Below are positions 38,812-49,420 of a stretch of DNA of 64,000 bases, in pieces (positions within the stretch are counted from its first letter, which is position 1; the number at the start of each line of letters is the position of its first letter). Below the pieces are notes generated by a model. The model saw only the letters and a list, made by a program, of their open reading frames with translations, was not told the DNA's origin and did no database searches. The stretch lies in the IMG/VR virus record IMGVR_UViG_3300005098_000013, positions 14,082 through 78,081 of that record. One strand, given 5' to 3'. Origin of the DNA: a virus. A program made the position numbers and the translations under genes.

Positions 38812-39411
38812 TCAACCTATTTTTGTTTTCGAGCTTCCAGATACAATAGTGCCTGGAACTGGTATGCCAAGATTTCCAATGCCCAAAATAGCATCACCGT
38901 TTCGTGCAGCCCCTTTTGTGCCTTCTTGAATGTTTACTTCAGTAGCAGATTTTATGCTAATCTTGCCATTTGCCTCAAATTTCACGAAACAACCACTCTT
39001 GTGTTTTACAATACCTTCGCCTTCACCTACTTCAGGTAACTCATCAGAACTTAAGAAGAAGCCAGGTATACATATGCAATCGTTTAAACTAAACTGCCTT
39101 GAATCTTTTGCTAAGAGAACGGTACTTGAATCTAAAAGCCCTTTTGAATTGTATTTTGTGAAGATGAGCAATACCACATCGTTTATTGAGAGTGGCGATA
39201 CTACTGAAAGACTGCTTGTGCGTGGAAAGAGAACTGGCACGTCTCTGATAATAGGAAACGCCTCCTCCTTTCCATCTACAAGTATCTTATTCTTAACTCG
39301 CACATCAACTACTCTAGTGCCTGCTTTGGTTACAACCCCAATAGCTGCTGTCCACAAGCCATTAGTTTGTGCTTCTATAATTTCCTGAATCTTTCTTTTC
39401 AAGTCACGCAT
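38812..39411 (-). CDS. baseplate spike protein (Gp138/gpV-like)
   Basis: DVPVLFP, RQFSLND, AARNGD. Confidence 0.8.
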   Translation of the reverse strand: MRDLKRKIQEIIEAQTNGLWTAAIGVVTKAGTRVVDVRVKNKILVDGKEEAFPIIRDVPVLFPRTSSLSVVSPLSINDVVLLIFTKYNSKGLLDSSTVLLAKDSRQFSLNDCICIPGFFLSSDELPEVGEGEGIVKHKSGCFVKFEANGKISIKSATEVNIQEGTKGAARNGDAILGIGNLGIPVPGTIVSGSSKTKIG

Positions 39412-40264
39412 CCTTAGCCTTCTCCACTACAAACTGTACCTTGTGTGTTTCTTTATTTGAAGTATACTTATACTCCCTCACTACGAACACCCCGTCGACC
39501 TCTCTTGGAAACTTTGCCTCTAAATGTACTTCTAATTCGTTAAAAATGCCTGGAATCAGAAAACATTCTACATTCCAACCACTCAACCCATCTTCTTTAT
39601 GTTCTACCAAATTTAGGAGGCCAGTGGTTGAATTAATATCGATGGCTGCTGTTTGCTTTAGCCCATAGCCTTTCGGTATAAAGTTAAGCATGCCAAACTT
39701 TTTGATATAGTGACATTCTTCATCTGTATCTTTGGTCATCCTTTCGACTTCGTGTATCCAGCTTGCAATTGTCCTGGTCCGATCTATTATGAAATCGTCC
39801 TTAAAAACAAAAGCAGACCTTATCTCTCCTAACGGATAGCCAGTCAAGGCTGAGATGTCGTTAAAGAATTCTTTTACAGGTGTGTTTTGCTTATAAACCT
39901 TAGCCATTGTTGTCTCATTCAAAATTTCATTGATGCTCTTTACCTGAATCACAGTCTTCACATCTCCAGTTTTTTCTAAATGATTTTCTACTTTTTTTAC
40001 TTTGCCCCAGCCAATTTTACCATAATTTGTTTCATATCCGCTTGATACACGTATAAGGTTATCTTCTGCTTCAGATAGCTTTGATCTATTAGCATCGTTT
40101 ATATTATACAATGTGACCTCGTCGTATGATTCATCATCCCTGTTAGAACCTATTTCAAAGTATATGTCTAAATCATTTTGCACACCGTCAAACTTACCGC
40201 TTCTGAAAATACCTATGTCTTCAATCTCTACTTCTGTTTTCCTAATAAAGAAATCCAGTGTCAT
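39404..40264 (-). CDS. baseplate hub protein
   Basis: VTLYNI, SGY, TGLL; position. Confidence 0.7.
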   Translation of the reverse strand: MTLDFFIRKTEVEIEDIGIFRSGKFDGVQNDLDIYFEIGSNRDDESYDEVTLYNINDANRSKLSEAEDNLIRVSSGYETNYGKIGWGKVKKVENHLEKTGDVKTVIQVKSINEILNETTMAKVYKQNTPVKEFFNDISALTGYPLGEIRSAFVFKDDFIIDRTRTIASWIHEVERMTKDTDEECHYIKKFGMLNFIPKGYGLKQTAAIDINSTTGLLNLVEHKEDGLSGWNVECFLIPGIFNELEVHLEAKFPREVDGVFVVREYKYTSNKETHKVQFVVEKAKDA

Positions 40265-40270
40265 TTTTCT

Positions 40271-40585
40271 TTATGCTACTGAACCCCAGTGCATCAGTCT
40301 TAAATCTAACGTATCCACTTCAATGCTAAACGGCAATACTAAGAACTCCGGTATATAAGTGTCTGGATCCTTCCCCATGATAGCCACATCTGTAAGCTTT
40401 TGATTCAAATATACCTTCTCACCAATTGCAACGTTCAGAGTAAAATAGCCTCGGGCATTCCAGCGAAGTGTAAAGTGAAAGCTTTTGCTGTTGAAGGTGG
40501 TATCTAGACTCTGGGAAGCCTTAGTTCCTTTTTCAAATGGCAACTTTGCTATTAGTTCAGTCATAATTATATTATACAGGGACAA
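40271..40585 (-). CDS. baseplate protein
   Basis: FTLRWN motif; position. Confidence 0.6.
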   Translation of the reverse strand: MSLYNIIMTELIAKLPFEKGTKASQSLDTTFNSKSFHFTLRWNARGYFTLNVAIGEKVYLNQKLTDVAIMGKDPDTYIPEFLVLPFSIEVDTLDLRLMHWGSVA

Positions 40586-40599
40586 GCCAAACTTGAAGG

Positions 40600-41301
40600 T
40601 TATACGCCAAACATCCTAAAAGGTAATTCTGCAGTGAAAAATAAAAAGCCATCGACTACAGTGCCCCAATAGCTTTCCTTTTCTTCAGGAACAACTGTTG
40701 ACTTCAATGTAAGCGTAACGCTGCCTAAATTTTTAGTATCATTACCATGCTCTTCACCATCATCAGTATAGGTAGTAATCTGAGGAGAGATGAGCTCAAC
40801 TCTGCGCACTTCTTGAAACGTGATGCTTACGTCAAATGCATTAGCAGAACCTGAATGCATTGCTGGTTTGATATCTGAGATGATGTAATTCTTATACACG
40901 TCCATATCACAAACCAGCGTTAAGAGAGTTTTGCTAGTTCTAAGTTCATTCAGTTTCTTAAGCCTTTCTACACGACCCTCGTAGAGCGTTGCCTCTATTT
41001 CAATTGCATTAAGCTTTGCATAGACATGGTCTAAAAGGAAGCCTTCTTGTGTAGGGTGTTCAAGTACTTCATTTGAAAGGCTTGGTGATACTCTGCTGGT
41101 AAGTTGTGGTTTCAATGGTTTCAAATCAAAGTCAGCTATAGGATGAAATTCCAAATATTTTGCTCTGCCACCTTCGAGTACAGGAGCAAGATCTAAAGTT
41201 CCAGGTATTCGTACAAGAATTCTAGACATGTCTTCCGCATCAAAAAGTGTGAAGAACTGAGATGCTGCATTTGGATCTGGCAACGGTACTTGATAAGTCA
41301 T
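40600..41301 (-). CDS. Dit-like tail/baseplate protein
   Basis: EHPTQEG..DH, ITFQEVR; follows tape measure. Confidence 0.7.
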   Translation of the reverse strand: MTYQVPLPDPNAASQFFTLFDAEDMSRILVRIPGTLDLAPVLEGGRAKYLEFHPIADFDLKPLKPQLTSRVSPSLSNEVLEHPTQEGFLLDHVYAKLNAIEIEATLYEGRVERLKKLNELRTSKTLLTLVCDMDVYKNYIISDIKPAMHSGSANAFDVSITFQEVRRVELISPQITTYTDDGEEHGNDTKNLGSVTLTLKSTVVPEEKESYWGTVVDGFLFFTAELPFRMFGV

Positions 41302-41321
41302 TTTTTTATACCCCCTCTTAC

Positions 41322-44099
41322 TTAAAGCATCCTCTCTAGTTTGTGTAAGGTGGCGTCTACGGCCTCATCAATTATGGATCTGAATCCAGGCAGTGTTTCC
41401 TTGGTAAGACTAATACGCGCACCACTAAACATGCTTACTTGTACACCTCGGCTAACATTGCTTGAAACTTCAGCCATCCCAATTTTCATAGCCTTAAGCT
41501 TGTCTGCAACCGAAACTTCAACGCCTATACTTGGCGCTTCAACCATTAATTTTGGTATCTTTGGAGCTTCTATTCTCGGAACCTCAACTCTTTCTACAGT
41601 CTCTAGCATCACCGAAGGCTTTGCTACTTCTGGGAATTCTGCAATGCCAATAGTCTCAGGTGCTCTAATCTTATTTGCAACCTTTGACCATCGTTCAAAA
41701 TTCTTAACATTCTCACCTGAATACTTCGCGCTTAATTGCAAAGCTTCCCAAAACGCAGGACTATGACGCTTGATGAATACAGCATTGAAAATTTTGCCTA
41801 ACTTCCTCGTTATAGTTTCCCATTTCAAGAAAAGAGCTACTATAATTGTCACTGCTGCTGCGATTCCTAGAAGCACTGCCCAAACTGGAAAGGTAACACC
41901 CATAAATGTAAATGCTGCTGCTGTTAGTACGACATAAGCTTCAGTAGCAGCGAAAAGAGAAGCGACTAGAAGCCACATTGCTGCAGCTTGAAGCTTAGTT
42001 ACAATCGTAGCGCCTATGGTTGCTATCTTATTCCAGACCTGTGCTGCCGTCAATTTTATTGTAGCAGCTGATAGCGCAGAAGCAGAAATTGCAGCCTCTC
42101 CTGTTGTTGATGCCAAAAAAAGGTTTGCTATTGCAACAAGTTTAGAGGCAACATAATTCCACACCATTACTGCTCTATTCTTTACTAATGATACAGTAAG
42201 CTTATCAAACGAAAAAGTAAGGAATTGAATTGCTGGTGTCACTAAAAACATCAGAGTAAGACCGTACTTGTTCATCCATTCGTTTCCTTTCTTTGTGCCT
42301 TCTGAAAGAATAAGCATGGAGAAAAGCATGGGGCCTGCCATGAGCGCCCATTGCCTAGCCATCGCAATTGAATGTTGCCTTGCTCTCAAAGTTGCTAATT
42401 GTATCTCGCCCCCGAGAAACCTGAAACCGTTAGTAACAAGTTGTTGTGTGCCAAAAAGCCTATTATATACGTCTATAACCTCTTCCGTTGTATATTTCAG
42501 TTTTAGTTCATGATTTATTTCCCATTGCAAAGCCAAAACATCTGCTTCGCGTTGCTGAGCTAAAATTACCAAAGCCGCAACAAGCATGAATATACCACCA
42601 ACGGACATTGCAATCACTCCGCCGAAGTGTGCTATTGTGCCGATAACCAACATAAAAATTGAAAAGACTCCAAGCAATGCAGGATGCACTTCAGCTAATG
42701 CATCTACTATTAATTTCAATCCGCTATACCATGCCTTATACAGTCTAGCTGTAGGACCTGCCATCATTACTCTAAGCTTATCTAAAGATGACTCATATTG
42801 AATGATAACACCATGAAGATCTTCAAGACGTTTCTTAGCTAGCGCATGTGCCATGGTAACGTCATTAATTGCTGCCTCCATCCTTTCCATTGTATCAATG
42901 CCCTTTATAGTATCCTTAATCCATTCCTTCTGTGTATATGAAAAATTATCAAAGGTTTTGTCTAACTTTATTATTCCTTTGTTGCTTGCTGCATATTGTT
43001 CCATCAGACTCTTAAGTGCTTTTTTGCCATCTAAATGAGTAGCCTCTTCAATTGCCCATGCTGCTTGTGCTGCATTGAGCGTATCTATAGTTGGTTGAAT
43101 TCCTTCCTCTCTTGCTTTTTTCATGATTTTAGCCCAGGAAGACCAATTTCTTGCACCAAAAAGGGCAGACAGATAAACTGCTCTAATACTAGGATCAAGA
43201 CCACCGTAAGCCTCGTTCAGTATTTTTATCATGTTAGCAAGCCCATTGAACTTACCATTCAGGTCATAAATTCCCTTTTCAGCGTTCTCATTTGCTTTCC
43301 TTAACAGTTCAGAGGCCTCAGTATACTTAACTGTACCTTTGCCAGCAACACCTAATGCCTTTGAAACTCTCGTAATTCCTTCTCTCCAATATCTTCCTGC
43401 CCTTCCACCCCTGATACCTGCATCAGCAGAAATCATCATGTATGCAGTTGTATCTGCTAATGAGATTCCAAACTCTTCTGAAGCAGCTCCTGCATAAGAC
43501 ATACTGGTAGCTAATTCTTGTACCGTTAGGTTTGAATTAGTAATAGCCGTGGCTACAAGATTTACTACACCACCTAACTCATCTTGTGCGATCCCAAATT
43601 GATTAGTAACATCGATTGCGAACCTAGTAGCTTCAGTGTGACTAACCATACCAATAGTTGCCAACTCCAAGGTTGCGCCTACGGCTTTGATCACTTCATT
43701 TTCATCTTCAAACTTTTTCCCTGCTAAGGCAAAGATGCGGCCAACTTCTGCAGCTTGAACAGAGGTCCATTCTGTGGTCTTTCCGAGTTCTAAGAATCCT
43801 TTTCTAAGATCAGCAGTTTGATCCTCGGTTGCCTTCATTATGCTGCTTGTAATGGTAACTTGATGGTCAAACGTTCTGAACGCTTCTATGTTCGCAGTTG
43901 TTACAGAAAGCAGCGCATTGCCAAGGCGAGTGGCCATTGCGCCTGCTGCTAAGAGTCCAAAGCTCAAATACAGATAGGCAGTCCTAAGAGTTTGAGTAGC
44001 TGAAACTAAATCGAGCTGCTTCGCTCTAAGGTCTATTATCTTGTTCCTTAAACGCGTAGCTCCTGTCTCTCCGAAAAACGCGTGTAATTCAAATGGCAT
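41322..44099 (-). CDS. tail tape measure protein
   Basis: TP901-type core (LGKTTEWTSVQAAE, ADAGIRGGRAG, ALFG); Ala-rich hydrophobic region. Confidence 0.92.
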   Translation of the reverse strand: MPFELHAFFGETGATRLRNKIIDLRAKQLDLVSATQTLRTAYLYLSFGLLAAGAMATRLGNALLSVTTANIEAFRTFDHQVTITSSIMKATEDQTADLRKGFLELGKTTEWTSVQAAEVGRIFALAGKKFEDENEVIKAVGATLELATIGMVSHTEATRFAIDVTNQFGIAQDELGGVVNLVATAITNSNLTVQELATSMSYAGAASEEFGISLADTTAYMMISADAGIRGGRAGRYWREGITRVSKALGVAGKGTVKYTEASELLRKANENAEKGIYDLNGKFNGLANMIKILNEAYGGLDPSIRAVYLSALFGARNWSSWAKIMKKAREEGIQPTIDTLNAAQAAWAIEEATHLDGKKALKSLMEQYAASNKGIIKLDKTFDNFSYTQKEWIKDTIKGIDTMERMEAAINDVTMAHALAKKRLEDLHGVIIQYESSLDKLRVMMAGPTARLYKAWYSGLKLIVDALAEVHPALLGVFSIFMLVIGTIAHFGGVIAMSVGGIFMLVAALVILAQQREADVLALQWEINHELKLKYTTEEVIDVYNRLFGTQQLVTNGFRFLGGEIQLATLRARQHSIAMARQWALMAGPMLFSMLILSEGTKKGNEWMNKYGLTLMFLVTPAIQFLTFSFDKLTVSLVKNRAVMVWNYVASKLVAIANLFLASTTGEAAISASALSAATIKLTAAQVWNKIATIGATIVTKLQAAAMWLLVASLFAATEAYVVLTAAAFTFMGVTFPVWAVLLGIAAAVTIIVALFLKWETITRKLGKIFNAVFIKRHSPAFWEALQLSAKYSGENVKNFERWSKVANKIRAPETIGIAEFPEVAKPSVMLETVERVEVPRIEAPKIPKLMVEAPSIGVEVSVADKLKAMKIGMAEVSSNVSRGVQVSMFSGARISLTKETLPGFRSIIDEAVDATLHKLERML

Positions 44100-44117
44100 C
44101 CTTTATTCCTAAAGCAC

Positions 44118-44306
44118 TTACCTAAACTGATACAGATGATCTTTGGACGTGTCTCTTGGCGTCATCAATTCGTAAAACTTACTGAGAAATGTTTTGAATG
44201 TTAAAAGCCTCTCTAGCGACCACTGCCTAATCTCCTCTACACTATATTGCGGAAACTCTTTAGCGATGAGGAAAGCATCGAAATGCTTATCCACATCGCA
44301 TTCTAC
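44118..44306 (-). CDS. frameshift extension of tail assembly chaperone (gpGT-like)
   Basis: -1 frame open for 62 codons after A AAA AAG: VECDVDKHFDAFLIAKEFPQYSVEEIRQWSLERLL...YQFR. Confidence 0.8.
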   Translation of the reverse strand, partial: VECDVDKHFDAFLIAKEFPQYSVEEIRQWSLERLLTFKTFLSKFYELMTPRDTSKDHLYQFR

Positions 44307-44599
44307 TTTTTTATTAAATTGCCTAGTTTCATTGCACCATGCAATTCTTCAAGCTTACCTAGAAGCAGAACTAAAGGCATAGCATCAAGCTTTGCAACAT
44401 CGACTTTGGGTTCAATTACACACTTTTCAATGAGAAGTTTTGCATACTCGGTACGATTGGGCTTGCCTTGCTCATCTGTTGTATCACTTACCACATCTAA
44501 ATACTCTAAACCTGGCAGTATTCTAACTTTGAACTTAACGCCCATCACCTCTATTTCTGCTTCTTCTTTTTTCCTATATAAGCCTTCTACTTCTGCCAT
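44303..44599 (-). CDS. tail assembly chaperone
   Basis: Between tube and tape measure; ends in slippery heptamer. Confidence 0.8.
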   Translation of the reverse strand: MAEVEGLYRKKEEAEIEVMGVKFKVRILPGLEYLDVVSDTTDEQGKPNRTEYAKLLIEKCVIEPKVDVAKLDAMPLVLLLGKLEELHGAMKLGNLIKK

Positions 44600-44609
44600 T
44601 CCTTATCTC

Positions 44610-45032
44610 CTATTCTAACGGATCGATGTCAAAACCATAGCCTGCGATGCTAAAAGTTACATCTGGTGCTTCTTTACCATTGGTCTTCCATTCTGGTGCC
44701 TTTGCAATTATAGCATGCTCCATCTTGACTTCCTTAAAGCCTACTGATGTCTCGCTGCCTTTTATAGCCTTGATGCTAAACTTGAAATCCTCTTTGTTCT
44801 TCCAGAGATCGTACAGGTCTTTAAATGAAGAAGAGATCGACTTTATCGAAATCGATCCTTCTGCCGCTGTGCTCGGGTCTATGTTAAATCCAAGCTCACC
44901 CATCAGCCCTTCTATGTTCGTATGTTCCGCTCCAGGCGTGATTCCAAAACCATCTGGTCCAAAGCCTGTAACTTTTGTGTTGCCAACAAAACATTCCACT
45001 TTGCTTATATCAAACTGCGTCATTTTTCTCAC
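44610..45032 (-). CDS. tail tube protein
   Basis: VTGFGPDG; size and position after sheath. Confidence 0.75.
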   Translation of the reverse strand: MRKMTQFDISKVECFVGNTKVTGFGPDGFGITPGAEHTNIEGLMGELGFNIDPSTAAEGSISIKSISSSFKDLYDLWKNKEDFKFSIKAIKGSETSVGFKEVKMEHAIIAKAPEWKTNGKEAPDVTFSIAGYGFDIDPLE

Positions 45033-45036
45033 CTCC

Positions 45037-46056
45037 TTATATTACCAGATTCAATGAAATGCTAATCGATTGCACATGACCGGCCAAGGTTACTGTTACC
45101 TTCACGTCATTCAAAACTCTGTTTGCCTTGTCTGCAGCTGAAATAGATGAAAGCAACGGCATATCTATTACATAATTTGTAATGCCACCATCCTCCAAGA
45201 GTGAGTTGCAAGCTTCTGCAATCTTCGATTCTATCTGCGATAAACCCGACTCATCAAAAGGCACCTCTGAAGCCATAAGCAACCCTTCTAATCTGTCCTC
45301 GATAAGTTCTTCTAACCAATAACGCGTTCTGGTGATGTCTACATACTTATAGTCTCCGCCTTTTGTCGTAAGCCCATCGCTCACCACATCAGTCCCTCTT
45401 TTGGCAATTACTACATTAATTGGCGGATCTCCTGCCTCTAACGAATCTACATCTGACGGGCTATAGTAGTCCGAAAGTGTAACGCCTGACACTTCCATCC
45501 ACATCATCTTTTCCCACGGTTTCTTCAATGAATATTCAGCTGCTACTGCTGCTGCTATATCATCGTTTGTCTTTGCTGCAACACCTACCACATTCTGCGA
45601 GTCTGTGAGATTACCAAAGTCAGTTTGCATGGTTGCTACAGTTCCCGAAGCACCGATTACATGCAACCAATTGTTGGTGTCACATCTTCCAATGATCGCA
45701 TCAAATTGTGATGTGGTACTTGATTCCAAAAAAACGTTTGCATAGATTAGGAAATCTATGTCCTCGTCCTCCATCTCATCAATTGCCGCTTCCAAATCAA
45801 CATCACTAGTGCTTGCTGCCCTTGTACATCTTATCTGCCTCACTCCTCTTCCAAAAATTATTGCCGCTGCTTCTGCTATGTCCGAACCCGCACCGAAGTA
45901 CGTTTCCACCTCATCTATATCTACACACAATCTGTTAGTTGCATCAGGCTGAGATCCACCACCTCCGGTACCAATAAGTGCTATTTCACCATATGTTGGC
46001 GGCCTGCCTGCTGCACTAACCGTTGTTGTAGTTATGCTTATTGCATCTCTTACCAT
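45037..46056 (-). CDS. tail sheath protein
   Basis: YVDITR..WL, VPFDESG, DKANRVL, LAGHVQSI C-terminal domain. Confidence 0.85.
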   Translation of the reverse strand: MVRDAISITTTTVSAAGRPPTYGEIALIGTGGGGSQPDATNRLCVDIDEVETYFGAGSDIAEAAAIIFGRGVRQIRCTRAASTSDVDLEAAIDEMEDEDIDFLIYANVFLESSTTSQFDAIIGRCDTNNWLHVIGASGTVATMQTDFGNLTDSQNVVGVAAKTNDDIAAAVAAEYSLKKPWEKMMWMEVSGVTLSDYYSPSDVDSLEAGDPPINVVIAKRGTDVVSDGLTTKGGDYKYVDITRTRYWLEELIEDRLEGLLMASEVPFDESGLSQIESKIAEACNSLLEDGGITNYVIDMPLLSSISAADKANRVLNDVKVTVTLAGHVQSISISLNLVI

Positions 46057-46084
46057 TTTCCTTCCTCCTTTTTTTTTTGCCTTC

Positions 46085-46834
46085 TTAAGGCTCTACCAGT
46101 TCTACGTTTGCATGATGAACTGGTGCTATTTCTTCGACGTAAGCCTCTTCATGCCTTAGGCCAACATCGAATTGTCTTCTATATCTGAAATCCGATTCTA
46201 CAAATGCATCAAGATTTCGAATGTCACTTATAACCCAGCTTAGAATTCCGCTAACGCTAAATTGGTAATCGAAGAATTCCTTCAGGCCTTGTGCGATAGC
46301 CTCTGCTATCTTAGCACCCGCAATCTGTGAAGTCCCACTTCTATGATTTTGTGCATATATATTAACTGATAAAATGTCTGAGTAAATGCCCCCGCGTGTC
46401 TTCTTAACCATGCTGTGCTTGAACTCAACTGTGAAATCAGTACCAGAATCTGGTCGCTCCGTAGCATCGAACGTAATAGTTTGAGCATCGTTGCCTATGG
46501 TAATTTTACTAATATCAAAATCAAATGGGCTATCGTCCTTGGTGCCTAAAACCTTAGTCAAAGAAGTGACGTAGCCAACGCTAAGAGAATAAGTCAAACT
46601 TGAAGTTGCAGCTATTGTGTCTGACTTATCTTTGCTTAAAACAGACCAGCCCCGTAGCTGGTTAAATGGCACATCAATTGGCTTAGTCCATAAATAGTTG
46701 AGCACAATAGCTGGAAAAACATCTTCCAGGTACTGATTGCTATAAACCACAGTAGGAGTGAATTCAGTACCTTCTACAGTAAAAGATTTAGGTATACTTT
46801 TGTATACCTCTGCTTTCTGTGCTATGTTCAGCAT
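46085..46834 (-). CDS. tail terminator/completion protein
   Basis: Position before sheath; FPAIVL, RRQFDV. Confidence 0.55.
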   Translation of the reverse strand: MLNIAQKAEVYKSIPKSFTVEGTEFTPTVVYSNQYLEDVFPAIVLNYLWTKPIDVPFNQLRGWSVLSKDKSDTIAATSSLTYSLSVGYVTSLTKVLGTKDDSPFDFDISKITIGNDAQTITFDATERPDSGTDFTVEFKHSMVKKTRGGIYSDILSVNIYAQNHRSGTSQIAGAKIAEAIAQGLKEFFDYQFSVSGILSWVISDIRNLDAFVESDFRYRRQFDVGLRHEEAYVEEIAPVHHANVELVEP

Positions 46835-46880
46835 TGGAGTTCTTCCTTATGCCTAAACGTTTTAAGTTGAGTTCTTCAAC

Positions 46881-47195
46881 TTATACTTCCTTCTTCAGTG
46901 AATAAATATTAATTCCTATTAGATCAACCACCTCTACTTCTTCAGTTACCTTCCATATATCATCCAACACATCATTGACGCTGAGGGTTTCCTTAGTTAT
47001 AAAGATACTGTCTGCTTTACTGAACCATCCTACCTCTGATACATCAAATGCATCTGTGGTATAAGGTGTTATGAAACCTTGAACTGTGCCGCTTGTATAG
47101 ACAGTTTCTATGTAGCCGTCTACTACCGCACCTGACGGTCTTAAGTAAGAATGCACTGACGACCATTTTAGCAACCCCAAGAAATTGATTTTCAT
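46881..47195 (-). CDS. head closure protein (putative)
   Basis: Position and size. Confidence 0.5.
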   Translation of the reverse strand: MKINFLGLLKWSSVHSYLRPSGAVVDGYIETVYTSGTVQGFITPYTTDAFDVSEVGWFSKADSIFITKETLSVNDVLDDIWKVTEEVEVVDLIGINIYSLKKEV

Positions 47196-47209
47196 TTGCT
47201 TTCATCTTA

Positions 47210-47692
47210 CTACAATAACCCTTCGGCCTTCACAAACTGACGATAACGGTATTCTATTAAATCGAACGCTGGCCTAAAAAAAGGACGTTCCGGAACCTTA
47301 ATCATGTTCGTACCTTTTAGCTTCTCTGCACTAAACATGTCCTTTGGGATAATGTAGCCGAAGAGCTTGCGTCTTTGAGCAGGCGTCATTCTCATAATGA
47401 CACCATATTCCATCCATGCTGCTGCCTTGTGTGTAGAGAGAACTTCATACTCACTTGGGCCAATCGGAATCTTTACAAACGAATCCCTAAGGCTACCCGT
47501 ATCGACCAACGGCATGCCTTTTCTTAAGGCTGGCAGAGGCCAAACTTTGCCTGCTGCTTGCCCCGTATCGAAAAAGTTATGGATTGTCTCGATGAAATCG
47601 TCGGCAGCACGTTCTGCAAAGCTTTTAGCCTTATCAAGTTTGTCCAAAATCTCGGGGCTTTTGTCCTTAAAGCTAAAACCGAAAGGCTCCAT
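47210..47692 (-). CDS. neck / virion morphogenesis protein
   Basis: PLVDTGSLRDS, MEYG, VPERPFFRPA. Confidence 0.8.
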   Translation of the reverse strand: MEPFGFSFKDKSPEILDKLDKAKSFAERAADDFIETIHNFFDTGQAAGKVWPLPALRKGMPLVDTGSLRDSFVKIPIGPSEYEVLSTHKAAAWMEYGVIMRMTPAQRRKLFGYIIPKDMFSAEKLKGTNMIKVPERPFFRPAFDLIEYRYRQFVKAEGLL

Positions 47693-47743
47693 TTTCCATC
47701 ATCTCGGCAACGGCGTCAGTTCTCCAATATCTATCTGACATAT

Positions 47744-48124
47744 TTACAACACTGCTTTCGTTGGAATCTCTAAACTTCTGTCTGCAAACATATATCCTAT
47801 TTTCAACTTCATACTAGACGGCGATGCATCCTCTGCCGCTTCTTCAGCTTGCGCCTTGAGCGAACCTGCAATAGCTTGGACGTCTCGTTTTATACTAAGC
47901 GGCCCAAACTTTGCATCTCGAAACACATTAGATACTATAAACGCCTTATATGCCGCTAGATACTTCACTGCAATATCAAAAAGCCCTGTGCTTACCGGAG
48001 ATGTAATCTTTGCAGCCAGTATAACTTCTGCATCTTCTATGGCTTGCTGTATAGTAAGGTCAGCAAGCTCGTCTTTAGTGATATCATTGAGTGCAGTTCG
48101 CACATCAGATATTGTAACGGCCAT
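47744..48124 (-). CDS. head-tail adaptor protein
   Basis: VTISDVR..IQQAIEDA..AVKYLAA; follows capsid gene. Confidence 0.7.
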   Translation of the reverse strand: MAVTISDVRTALNDITKDELADLTIQQAIEDAEVILAAKITSPVSTGLFDIAVKYLAAYKAFIVSNVFRDAKFGPLSIKRDVQAIAGSLKAQAEEAAEDASPSSMKLKIGYMFADRSLEIPTKAVL

Positions 48125-48169
48125 TTTTAAGCTTTATGAGAATAAAAAAAAAGCCAGGGTACATGCAAC

Positions 48170-49006
48170 TTAAGCATGTACACCTGTGATTTCGATTCCT
48201 GCGTCTGCCTGCACTACTTTAGGCTCTGCAAACTTTGCGATTGCGTAGCCAGTGTAGAACGCAGCATTGCCTGAATACTTCTGAACCATGCTTGGACCGT
48301 CTCCGAGAACAAGAGCTGGCGCCTCTGTGGCAAGTACAAAGCAGCTGGTATTTGGTGTAATGGCTACATCCGTAAGCACCTTAAGTCCGCAATAAGTAGG
48401 AACCTCGCCCTTGACCATCATATTGCGTTCCATTTGCTTTCTTACATAGTCGTTACTCACCAAATCTGCCCACACTAATGGATTCATTGCCAGGTAAGTA
48501 GGCTCGTAACCCTTATCCAGGTTGATCATAGTAGCAATCGCTTCCATTACATCGTCTGAAGGGTCGTTATCTCCGCCCCAATCAGAACCTGTTTGGTTTG
48601 CAAAGCCAGTTGGAAGCACACTTGCAATGTCTTCGTTTTCCATCTGCGCGATTGCACCGGCCGCGTCCTTGACGTTCGAGGCTAAGATGTCACCTACGAG
48701 ATTCTTTTTCTTTCCTGCCTCATAGCTGATTGCTATGTGTACAACGTTCTTGCCGTACGCTTCAAGATCGAAATGAACCCATGTATATGCCTCCTTGCTC
48801 AGCTCTGCTTCTTTGAGTGGCGGTACATGCTTGATACCAGCCAATCTAGTCGCAACTGGCATGTCACCTAAAAGGTCTGGCATTTTTATGACTCTGCAAA
48901 GCTCGCGTAGTTTATACTTGTTTCTCGCTAGCCCAAGAACTTCAGACACCACTACTTTGGCCTCTATGTCTTCTATATCCGCTACATCTATAAATCCTGT
49001 TGGCAT
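48170..49006 (-). CDS. major capsid protein (HK97 fold)
   Basis: Position; YEPTYLAMNPLVWADL, TYCGLKVL. Confidence 0.8.
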   Translation of the reverse strand: MPTGFIDVADIEDIEAKVVVSEVLGLARNKYKLRELCRVIKMPDLLGDMPVATRLAGIKHVPPLKEAELSKEAYTWVHFDLEAYGKNVVHIAISYEAGKKKNLVGDILASNVKDAAGAIAQMENEDIASVLPTGFANQTGSDWGGDNDPSDDVMEAIATMINLDKGYEPTYLAMNPLVWADLVSNDYVRKQMERNMMVKGEVPTYCGLKVLTDVAITPNTSCFVLATEAPALVLGDGPSMVQKYSGNAAFYTGYAIAKFAEPKVVQADAGIEITGVHA

Positions 49007-49019
49007 TTCTTTTTTCCTC

Positions 49020-49418
49020 CTACTTTAACAACAGTGGCACAGTTCCACTTGCAACCAATGAAGTTGTGTTCATTGCATAACCCACGACAGATCTTGTTAG
49101 CGCTACTGAATTGATAGTGACTTTCTTGACCTTTCCAGCTGCTGCACAAACTAGTTCGTCCATAAAGTTGACCGGAAAACCTGACTCAACCGTTACTTCA
49201 GCGACTCCTTTGATAAGCCCGCGCATATCCCGATTTGTTGCAGCTGCAGTAACTGTGTCCATTGCAATGGCAAACTTGCCCTCATCAGCATCATCGACTG
49301 GTTCAAAGCCGTTACCTTCTTCCTTTATGACTTGACCTTTAGTCACTAGCGTTGCGATTTTTGCATCTTCGTTCTTTACTAATATATCATATTCCTGATA
49401 CGGATCTCCTACTGCCAT
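49020..49418 (-). CDS. capsid decoration/cement protein
   Basis: Position; DELVCAAAGK, VVGYA. Confidence 0.6.
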   Translation of the reverse strand: MAVGDPYQEYDILVKNEDAKIATLVTKGQVIKEEGNGFEPVDDADEGKFAIAMDTVTAAATNRDMRGLIKGVAEVTVESGFPVNFMDELVCAAAGKVKKVTINSVALTRSVVGYAMNTTSLVASGTVPLLLK

Positions 49419-49420
49419 TT

